This document shows, in pieces, positions 54,301 to 64,000 of a DNA stretch of 64,000 bases (position 1 is the stretch's first letter; each line of letters starts with the position of its first letter). The DNA is from Tubiluchus corallicola (lineage: Eukaryota; Animalia; Priapulida): positions 551,739 through 615,738 of the forward strand of contig JAQGDQ010000108.1 in the NCBI GenBank assembly GCA_030141605.1. The letters run 5' to 3'. A model generated the notes under the pieces. The model was not told the DNA's origin. It did no database searches and saw nothing but the letters and a program-made list of their open reading frames with translations. The position numbers and the translations under genes are program-made.

Positions 54301-56967
54301 TGACGGCAAAACTCCTCACTAGGAACTGCACAAGGAATTTTGCAGCGCGTCCTTACTGTGAAATGAGCCATAGAAATAATGTGTTCCATTTTCGTGAGGA
54401 AAGCCGCAAGGAATTTCTCCTCAAGGCATTTTGCTGCGCGTCCTCACTGTGAAACGGGCCTTAAGCGACGTCTACCAGGCATTCGGAATGCATTGGTAGC
54501 TACTGCATAAAAATCACTTTATATTGTTTCCAATGAACTCGCTTATTAGCCCTGCGTTTTTGCGTCATTTTTCTGCAGTTATTCTTATGGGATTATTTAT
54601 ACGCCGCTGAATAGGCAATAACTCATAATGCATTCCGGATGTCTGGTAAACGCCGCTTTAGACGATTATCCTTAAAAATTAGCTAGGGGTGCAGGGAGTA
54701 ATCCCCTGTGTGTGAGTGTATTAGTGACCAAAGTTGAACAACATGAGGCCTGGTTAGTAAATGGATGGGGTACTGCTGGGAAATGCTCTATAAGGAGTGG
54801 AGAAAGAATGAAAGATGTAGTGTGGTAATGAACAGGCGACTGTTACCATTACTTTAAATTACGTTAAATTATAACGTTGTAATTTTGTAATATTGTTGTA
54901 AATTTTATTGGATGTCATTATGGACTAAATTTGACAGTATCGTCTTTAACAAAACACCGGTTGCATAAAATAATAGTATCATGAAGCTATGTAGATTATC
55001 ATATGACTGTAGTGACTGTATCATATGAGTGTAAATTTATCATTGCCACATTTTTCACACCTTTTTAGGAAAGCCTGTCACAGTATTAGAAAACGATAAC
55101 TAAAACTTGTAAACAACAAAGTCTAGTAGCTATTGTCAACTCTGTACGAACTGTACAATCTCGTTGTTTTAAAATGTTGGACAGTAGACTGTTTGTGAAC
55201 AATAATCGTCGAACGTCATAGCTACGAGTATTTATTAACTGTGTGTATTGTAAATAGTAGTATTTTAGTGCAGCTTTTATTTTAGTATTTTATTGCAGCG
55301 TGATGTAATGTTTTTACGTGTTTATGTGACCTTTTAAGCCGAAATAAAATAATCTAATCTAAATTCGGTTAAGACGCAATTATTGACTAATACTAATGTT
55401 ATTTTAAAAGCGATAACAAGGCGTAGGGACTTTATTGTAAAACGTACGGGTATGTTGTAAATCTACATTGTAAATCATGTAGATATATTGCGCTAAAAAA
55501 CAAACACATCTGCGCAAACAGAGTAAACTCAAAACTTACGGCTGAACCTTCATCGTTGCTGAAACCGCTTGCTACCGGTTTGGTACTACTCACCATAATT
55601 AAATTGAAATACTGTGTAGCACCTATAGCTAGGACAACACTTGAGCAACCTCCTTCCCAGATAGCAATTTTAGTAGCTGATGTATCCACGAGCAATTGAA
55701 ATAGAACTTTCATACCTCTCCCAACTTCGCACTAAAACAAAACCTGAAGCTACAGTTTTTGTTTTACTTTCATGAATGCTTCCTTTCATTATAGCTTTAA
55801 ATAAATCGTACCAAATATTACTCTGATCAGTAAACTACAAAATTGAAAATGTTCCTTTTGGCCTCATTGTGTTAAAAGAAACACAAAGTTTTAAATTGGT
55901 TTTTCCTTTGTTTTGTAGATCTGACAATTATATAAAAGATCGCTGCTACATTTTTAACATTGTTTGTTCGCTAGATGACGCAGCAATACAGAAATATGTT
56001 TTAACGAACAGTACGCTGCTGCGGTTGCATACAGACGTATATCCACAATATAAATCAATATTATTCAACTCATAATGTAAGCTAGCAGTCTCTTTAGTTT
56101 TTAGTAATGCGGGCAAAGCTTTTAGTATTCATTATACAACAAAAAGGCGGTCATGCAGGCGAATGGACCATTTATGTATCAGTATAAGAGAAGACGAAAA
56201 GTGGGCAATAACGGACGGACAATATCTGTCTTGCGTGTGCCCGTGTATAAGGATTATTGTGCCAGGAAAAAATTTTCAACTTTTAAAACCAATTATCTAA
56301 AATTCTAGAATCTACGTATACAAATACTACATAGCAAAGTACAATTACAACTTTAAGCTTCAAATATACATACAGCAGAGTTTCCGAAAACGATTTCCAA
56401 TTCATAGTCCCTCAGAAGCTGGTCGTTCATGTTGATGTCTCGTAAAGCTAAAAGAGCTCCAAAAAGAAGTCCAGAAGACACCCATAGTTCTGGCCTATTG
56501 GCTTGCTTTTCTATTGGCAGCACGGCGCCTATATATATCTTCATCTTTTTTGTTGCATTTCTCATCATGCTATTGTGGTCACAGGCATTGGTTTCTTTGA
56601 AGTAAAACTCCATTGTAGGATTATCCATGCTATGAAGACAACATGTGTATAACTCATAGTAGCGCGAATGTTGAAAGCATCGCACGTGGCCTGGCTTTGC
56701 AATGCTTTTTAAATCGAGTACACAAGCCGTTTTCATCATCACTGAAAATGAAACATGTAAAATGATAGTGATCATTAAACAGTAAACATAACGAATTTTT
56801 CTACTTTAACGAATGGTTTAAATTTATAATACATGTACAGTAAAAGCATGTGTAGTCAATTGCGTGTGTACTTTTCATAATTTTTATTACATGTTAAATA
56901 ATATAATCTAGAAAAACCTACCAGTAAATGCTAAAAAGAAACAATTTATCAACAAGTAGCACGACAT
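46496..56967 (-). CDS. GABA-B-like Venus-flytrap-only paralogue (gene A): signal peptide + VFT, no 7TM found
   Basis: Exons 56967-56922 (MSCYLLINCFFLAFT), 56741-56374, 55731-55594, 52597-52427, 51906-51805, 50541-50476, 50286-50080, 48802-48566. All are open, GT-AG, and in the same phases as gene B exons 1-8; five have identical lengths (46, 138, 171, 102, 66 nt). Motifs: IYIGAVLP, GGCSSV, LSNR..FPYLFR, GMYG.RYVW, GPFAYDSI.ALA.ALN. Terminal exons 48460-48421 and 46631-46496 are tentative. Confidence 0.8.
51282..51329. repeat. (CT)n microsatellite
   Basis: Direct reading. Confidence 0.95.
53104..54127. mobile_element. About 1-kb non-autonomous DNA transposon with imperfect TIRs (pogo/Tc-like termini)
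   Basis: Left GGGGTAAAATGGGCTAATGTCGCACAA versus reverse complement of right GGGTTAATGGGCTAATGTGGGACAA; internal related motifs GGGGTAATGTCGGACA and GGGTAAAGTCGGACA; no transposase ORF. Confidence 0.65.
54227..54460. mobile_element. Palindromic MITE-like element with nested inverted and direct repeats
   Basis: Inverted pairs CTCACGAAAATGGAACA / TGTTCCATTTTCGTGAG and GCTGCAAAATTCCT / AGGAATTTTGCAGC; direct repeat CAAGG.ATTTTGC.GCGCGTCCT.ACTGTGAAA x2. Confidence 0.7.
54462..54659. mobile_element. About 200-bp MITE with about 33-bp TIRs
   Basis: TAAGCGACGTCTACCAGGCATTCGGAATGCATT versus reverse complement of the right end AAAGCGGCGTTTACCAGACATCCGGAATGCATT. Confidence 0.8.
54727..54783 (+). pseudogene. 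5S rRNA-derived fragment (pseudogene or SINE3 head)
   Basis: ACCAAAGTTGAACAACATGAGGCCTGGTTAGTAAATGGATGGGGTACTGCTGGGAA matches the 5S internal control region (A box...GGCCTGGTTAGTACTTGGATGGG...GCCTGGGAA). Confidence 0.7.
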
Positions 56968-58123
56968 TCGACTTGTTCACTTTAACAAAGATTAATTATC
57001 AGCGTTTGTTGTGCGATCTTCAAAATTCCGACTTCCAGCATTGTGCTAAATAAAAAGTTTTTCACATAAAATTACCACACGTTTATACGCGATAATGTTA
57101 TAATGGCCGAATTTGGTTAAAATGAATGGACTAGATAACGTGGCTTCATTGTGCACGCGCACCTGCGCATTGAAAAGTTTTGAGGTTACATGCAAAATAT
57201 TATCCATAGCATCATCACAAAACATTTTTTTTAAATTTTGGTCGGCCCATGTTGATACCTTTCAGCTTGGAAACGTTGTATCTCCATAAGTGTTTAAGGC
57301 CGAGGTATTCTGTGAAAATTCTCACAGGAATGTTGACGTGCAAATGTGTGTGGGGTAGGATAAAAATAATTGGATCCCCACGGAGAAGGGATGTATTCAT
57401 CGTAAAATCTATTATATTCGTAAGTGTAATGTTACAAACCCAAAATTAATTGCATTTTGATACCAAATTTGAAAAAAGAGAAAATGTTTGAAGAAATGCA
57501 ATTTGAACCAAGGACATTGCAGACACCCTGGACCACATTTACATCTTTTTTCTTGTCTTTCAAGTTTGGGAGCAAAATTTAATTAATTTTGGGTCGGCGA
57601 CATTATTAATATAATCTTGATATTAACATTATTATAAATAATTAATCAGCTATGGAATTTCTGGCTCAAAATTAATTAAAATAAAAAATTTATTATCTAA
57701 TTAGTTAGATGTGCATACCGGAATGTGCGGTATGACCGAACGAGAGTCCAACAATGGAAGAGCCAGACTATGCAGAAACCTACGGCAGCTTTTAATTAAG
57801 CAAAAATCAATAAGTTAATTGGCAGCACGGCAATTGCTTGGTCAGTCAGAACCAGTGAGTTAGATTTTCATTATTTTAAATTATTTAAACTTGAGCATTT
57901 AACGGCCAAAGACAGCGTGCATGTTACTCGAATTCAGCACTCAGTGGCTACTTATAGTGTATGGTTGCGGCAGGACCGGAACAAAGTCATTGACAAAGCT
58001 AATCCTATAAGATGAGACGGTGAACCAGTAGAAGTATCTTAGCCAAGTACGGATTACAAAACAATCTCCCTCGCTGGAGGTATAGCTAGAACTCGTATGG
58101 CTATTGAAATTCCCAGAATTATT

Positions 58124-58182
58124 GAACACGGCAGTCATCCAAGCATTCACTGACCACGTTTCACATGCTTAACTTCGGTCGC
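58124..58182 (-). pseudogene. Second 5S rRNA-derived fragment
   Basis: Minus strand GCGACCGAAGTTAAGCATGTGAAACGTGGTCAGTGAATGCTTGGATGACTGCCGTG resembles the 5S A box/IE/C box region. Confidence 0.55.
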
Positions 58183-59561
58183 TATTCAAACCGTGATTAT
58201 TCCCAAAAAACCTTCAATATTTTGTTATTTTATATCTAATTCTTGTTTATTTTTGCTTAACACGTTAAATGTCTTTGCATCATGAAGTTGAACCTTGTTT
58301 CCTTGCCATAAGTACATCTAGTCATTTGCATTGTAAATTTCCAAGCCAAAATATTTCAATTTTTCACAGCTCGAGTTCAAGTTACCAATAATGGTAATTT
58401 GTGAATACTGTTCTATTTACATTATTTTGTACTGCAAACGTATTATCAATTGTTTAGCACCATCTTGGAAATTATTTATTAAACAAAACGTATGTATGCA
58501 TGCATGTAAATACTATTGTTTGTATTAAACTATAGCACAGTTGGTTTCTATGTTGTGTTGTTTACTACCTGTCCATATAAAAGTATGTCATTTGTTAGTC
58601 GATTGTTTATCATCACTTAGCTAATGTAAACGTTGACATCACACAATTTCGCGATGTAGAGAGTCTAAATAAATGGTAATAAACACGCAAGCTGAATAAT
58701 TGCTTTGTCTTCCCCCTGGGGGACTCTACAGTTAGGCAAATATAACTGTACTAAACTGGCCAAAAATTTCTGTAAAGAACAAAAACCACACCATTAATTT
58801 TATTTTCTCATTATAAAACACTTAAGGAGCATGCGTATGTAAGATATACAGGACTGCACGAAACAAGCTGCAAATACCTTGAAATAGTTAAATATGAACA
58901 AGAATTTCTGCAGATGTTAATCCATCTGGAATAGAATATGTTTAGAAGTATCTAGAAATTAGAAGGATTTGTCACACAAGCAAAATTAAATGTATTTGTG
59001 GTTATGAAACACGTTACTGGTTACCCTAACGAATTTCTCTTTGTAAAGGTTCTAAAGAATACAAGAATAATTACCGCCACAAATATTAAACATTTAAACA
59101 ATGAAACTACTTGACTACATAAACTAATTGCATAAGAATAGCATTTCCCCGAATTTCTCATTAAAACAGCATTCTAGCGAAACTGATCATATTCACAGAC
59201 TACGTACGTGAAATGTAACAATATTTAATTAAAAAAAACTGAAATTTATTTAATAAAGTGTGAGCTATTTTCCCAAATTCAAACATAATTTATAAAGCAA
59301 CATTTGTGATGCTGAGCATTTGCAAAATTGCAGACTACAAATTGCATAACACAATCAACAATAACATGATGTGCATAAATACCACATGTTAGACATTAAA
59401 TGGTGAATATTGAATAAATAGTGGAAAAACATTTGCTAAGTAAATATAATAACCCATGCAATGCACATGTTTAGAAGAGACAGAAAACATTGTTTTACCA
59501 GTTCAAATAACATGACGATAAATCAACAATGCAAAAAAGCGGTTAAATTACAATTAGTGTC

Positions 59562-62500
59562 CTACATAAGGTCAAATATAGAACTTTGAGACATGGTAGC
59601 TTCAGGCGGCTCTAACCGTGGCTTCTTTGTAGATGGCTGTGAGGCGGCTGGCACGCTGGCAGACCTGCGAAGCACCTAGAAATATAAAAATATTTCGCAA
59701 TATTATTTTCAAAATATAAAGGTTTGTCTGTCTTTCTGTCAAACAGTTAGCAACTGCGTACAATGACTTTATAGTTAGGAATACCAAACTGTGCACTGGG
59801 CCACTGCACAGGCAGGTACTATAAAGTGCAACTCCGGCCAGACAGGATAGGTAAAATACAGCTAGCTGTAAGTGGTGCTGCAGTCAAACATGATGTGTAG
59901 AGTACAGTGACCTGATTGTATGACTACAAACAAACATGATGTGTAGAGTACAGCGAGCTGTAAGTGCCACTGCAATCAAACATGATGTGTAGAGTACAGT
60001 GACCTGATTGTATGACTACAAACAAACATGATGTGTAGAGTACAGCAAGCAGTAAGTGCCACTGCATCCAGACAGAATAGTTAGAGCACGGTGACCTGAA
60101 TTTATGACTGCAATCAAACATGATGTGTAAAGTACAGCAAGCTGTAAGTGACAATGCAGTCAAACATGATGTGTAGAGTACAACAAGCTGGAAGTGCCAC
60201 TGCAGTCAAACAGGATGTACAGAGCACAGCTAACTATGCACAGCACCACAGCAGTAAGATAGGACATGAGGACAAGAGAGATCAATCTCTGTCACATATA
60301 ATGTCAAGTACAAAAAGTATGCAGAATGACTATGCAAGTATATGTAACATTGTTAAATATAAAATACACCAAGTGTTCACAATGCCAATATAGACAGGTT
60401 TAATGCAGCATTAGACTACACTGACTGCAGAGGATTGCAAACTATGAACAGTGGCATTGCAATAAAGGAGAATGTGCAGAGTGCATCAAACTGTATGCAC
60501 AGCATTAGCTTAAGCAGACCTTGTAGTTCCAAAACATGTAATTAGAAATTTACCTGTGCTTTGGTAACTTTAGTATCAGGAGAAACAGCAGCAAAGACGA
60601 AATTTCCAGAATTCTTTGGCCCATTTAAATTTGATTCCCCTTTTGAATACATTACAGCAAGTTTCGCCAAGGCGTCTTTTCCTCGAGATAGAAACGAGCC
60701 CTTGTATGACTAAAAATAGAATAAATAACACCTCAAAAAGAAGTGAAATCAAACACAAAGAATCAATCGGTCACAAACACAGCTCTTCTCATTTCTCCCA
60801 TTTCGTATTTCTCACAATATACCTGCATGAATACAAGTAATTCTACAAATAAGTAAGTGCTTTAGTAGCACATATCGGCAAATTGACTACTACTACGTGT
60901 CTCACCTACCAATAAATTTTGAAAGGAGCTAACTGCTTTAATTGCTTACTTTACATCTATTTCAAACTGATTGTATATTACAGTAACAAGCAAACAGCAT
61001 ACTGTCAAAGGGCTGAAGATTTTATCATAAAAGTGACTTCATGCACTATGGTATCATTAGTGTCAACTACTCACAATTTCTTCTAACAGTAAAGAAACAG
61101 CAGTAGTAATTACAACACTCCTAAGTGAACATAATTTCACGCTGCAGCAACACATTATACTAAGAAACAACATAAGCAAATAACAATTTAGTATAAAGTG
61201 TTCGGATTTGAACAATATGACCAGTGAAAGTTTAACCCTTTCACTACGGAAGGTGGCACACACTGCCACCCAAGTTCAGTACTAAGCGCAGTTACCCAGG
61301 TCTGTTTATTTCGCTGCTACGGCCATGCAAAAACATTGTAGAAAAGTTTAATAGCCGTGTGATTGGAGTTGCTTCACAAGTAACGATAACCAGCCAATTA
61401 GCGTCTGAAGCCAGGTGCATTCCATAATACTATATGTCCTCATACAAAATTTCTTGTTGATAGTTAGTGAAACGTATGTTTAGTCGCTTGTTCTGCATTC
61501 TTATAAAATAATTGCGTATTATGGATTAGTAATGACTTTTGTGAAAATTGGCTTCTAAATGTAAGTATTTGCTTATCTGTGTGGGTGTGCACATGTGTGC
61601 ATGCAGGAGTGCATGTATGTGTGCACGGATGTGTGCGCATGTGTATAAATAAAACTAATATTCAATTTTAGTGCTTAATAACAAATGGCTATTTGCTTAT
61701 GTACAAGATTCTGTTTTATAGTAACACACCACAAGAAGTTATTGTCAAATGTGCAAAAGCCAAAGAGGCCCTGTTAAAAAGTAACTACATAGTGAATGGG
61801 TTAAATAAAAAATAAAAACAACATCAGTACATACATTTAACCTAAACAATTTGCTTGGAGTAGTTGGAGTAGCTGATGTTTTTTTCTTCTCATCACTTGG
61901 TGCTTCTGCTTGTTTCTGCGACACACTTCGCTCTAAAACAACGCACGACAACAGCCATAGTAAAAAATTTTCACATGAAGTGCAAACCAAAAATATCAAT
62001 CATTTGCAGAGATTACTAAAGAAATGACACGTTTTGCATATGGCAAAACCAAATTACGGTAATTAAAATTAAATGTTTTTGCTACGGCTCTAAGGGGCAT
62101 TTGACTTGAGTTATGAATTGGTCTAACTTTGTCTACATTGATACACTTCTATATTTCGCCATTTGTAGATACCTGGTAGTAAAAAAAAGAGATTTACTGC
62201 ACAGGCACATGTGGTTGTCATAACTGTTGCAAATTGTTATTTGCTATGTGCCTTTTCAAGAAAAAGTGCACAAATTATTCCAGTACTCTTCTGGGCACAT
62301 GTACTGGCTGGTCGTTCATTACAAAGTCTTAGCACATTTTATGAAGTGAGTACAAAAACAACAACAACAACAACAATACTAGTAGATACTTGGTGCAGTA
62401 CCTATGGCCAGTACAAAAATGTCTGATACAATAACTTAGTTAAAAACTACTTTTAATGACTGTTTTACCCATCATCAACACCTGACAAGTTACAAATGCA

Positions 62501-63438
62501 GAACTTTCTAAACTGTAATTCACATATGCATGCAACTTCATAAAAATATTAAATGTGCAAATGATCATAATTCCTCAATTCATTATAAGGACAAGTTAGC
62601 AATGCTTTATTACAATGCACAAGCAGAACATGTGATAAGTAATAAATATTCACGTTTATCTAACTAACATGCAGCCACAATCACTCAAGTTAATAAAAGG
62701 TATAATTAGCAAACTTTATTTGATTCTACCAATCCATTTAAATGTACGAAGTACAAGCAAATAAATAAACAAGTTTGAGTTGTAATCCTTGGTATTGTTG
62801 GAATGCTAAATTTTAGTCAAGCGTTTACGTCTTCTGTGCATGAGCACTTTCCTTCCACCATCACTCTTTTTCTCTCTCAATTTTATCTCTTTCTCCTCTC
62901 CTCTTCTCTTTTTTCCCTATCCTTTTTAGTGTGTATATTCATTTTGCCTACATGTTACCATTTCATATATTTAACTCAAGTCTAGATTGCTTATGCACCT
63001 CCATAAATATTAATCTGGCATCAGACAGAAAGTACACAACAAAATATGATTAATCATGCAAGTCAATAGCACAGGCTGAAAATGTATGGTTTCGGAAGCA
63101 TAACGATATACGGCTTGCAATCAATAACTCGCTGCTCTTGTCCCTTCCAGTTTGAGAACTCTTGACGCATTTCTTTTCAGCAAGTTTCTTTCACAAGTAG
63201 TTTCCTTCCCACAAAACTTTCCACTCCACATCAATGGGCAGAACAGCAGTGGGATGTTAAAGGGTAAATCTTTCTAGGTCCACACTGGTCTTTATGACAA
63301 ATGAACAAAAATTTACAATTATTAATTGACCATGATAAATTTTATTATTATTCTAGTACCTTTACTTTTCAGGAGGACCTTGTTTGCCAACTTCAAAAGC
63401 TGACTATTTTCTTCTTCTGCTGCATTGTCTACTGCAAT
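59562..63438 (-). CDS. CLSPN: Claspin, last four coding exons; gene continues beyond the window end
   Basis: Exons 63438-63360 (EEENSQLLKLANKVL), 61932-61835, 60709-60554 (KGSFLSRGKDALAKLA...GPKNSGNFVFAAVSP) and 59675-59562 (...KKPRLE...SSIFDLM*); phases compatible. Matches Claspin C-terminal motifs EDSQF..LAKK, GSLL.....L.KLA, P.NS.NFVF...SP and terminal SIF. Confidence 0.85.
59839..60232. repeat. 46-bp minisatellite (about 9 units) in the last Claspin intron
   Basis: Core CAAACATGATGTGTAGAGTACAG (exact or near-exact) at 59885, 59931, 59977, 60023, 60115, 60161, 60207; diverged cores at 59839 and 60069; two alternating linker types. Confidence 0.92.
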
Positions 63439-64000
63439 CTAAAAAATTCACACGCCATAAACAATAACATAAACAAATGAAAATGTTATTTTCATTAAAA
63501 TTCAAAACCTCACAACTAATTGTCTACATCCTGCAGTGTTCAGTCATTTTGTATTAGCTTAACACAGCTGATTACACAAAACACTCACATGGTAATCCAG
63601 CATTAAAGGACAAGATATTTATTGGCTAAAACTGCAAAATTTTGCAAATGGAATAACTGAGTAAAGTAGTCACAGTGCCTGCTTAGTAACTGAAGTTGAG
63701 CAGCACAAAGCTCGCTCAGTAAATGGGTAGGTGACTGGTTCAGAAAAAGTCATTATGGCAGTTTTATCTACCTGCCCCCACTATTTACAACATTTAAGGA
63801 GAACATGTACACTTTCAAACATTGCTAAGGCTAATCTCCTCGTTCATCATCTAATCTTAGAGAAGTATTCTCGATGGTTTTAGCTATGTTTCAGTCCATG
63901 TACATTTAGTAAGCCCTGATTAAATGTTCAGCTCTCATTTGCAGAGCGCTAAGCTGCATAAAAAGCACCACAAAAACTACCATTTAAAAAAAAACAATGC

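Noticed and set aside
44362-56967. Single receptor with two tandem flytrap domains
   Set aside because: Each VFT has its own 46-nt ATG/signal-peptide exon. A exon 8 (phase 0) does not match B exon 2 (phase 1) at the canonical donor, so two transcription units are more parsimonious, though fusion is not formally excluded.
59839-60232. CRISPR-like repeat/spacer array
   Set aside because: The spacers are of two recurring types rather than unique, there are no cas genes, and the context is a eukaryotic intron: it is a minisatellite.
63050-63290. Extra Claspin exon or integrase fragment (AVLPIDVEW)
   Set aside because: There are stops in all frames and no convincing splice sites; too weak to classify.

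Overview
AT-rich, intron-containing DNA of an invertebrate animal. The ORF track is mostly microsatellite noise, so I rebuilt gene models by hand from splice sites, reading frame and family motifs. From left to right: (1) the 5' part of a CHST15-like sulfotransferase (-). (2) An intronless orphan four-TM protein with a long disordered tail (+). (3) A complete 3-exon dILP7/'relaxin'-type insulin-like peptide gene (+, 173 aa). (4) An 18-exon GABA-B-like class C GPCR (gene B, -, about 824 aa); three same-strand DHRS4/DHRS2-like SDR copies with intronless CDS appear to sit in its post-TM7 intron. (5) Directly upstream, a second GABA-B-like paralogue (gene A) with its own signal peptide and an intact, exon-for-exon Venus-flytrap domain but no detectable 7TM exons. 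(6) The last four exons of Claspin (-). MITEs, LINE fossils, 5S-derived fragments and micro/minisatellites are scattered throughout. The most interesting candidate is the pair formed by the flytrap-only gene A and the full receptor gene B: gene A may be a secreted ligand-binding protein or a swappable ectodomain cassette. All models are manual and unverified by transcripts.
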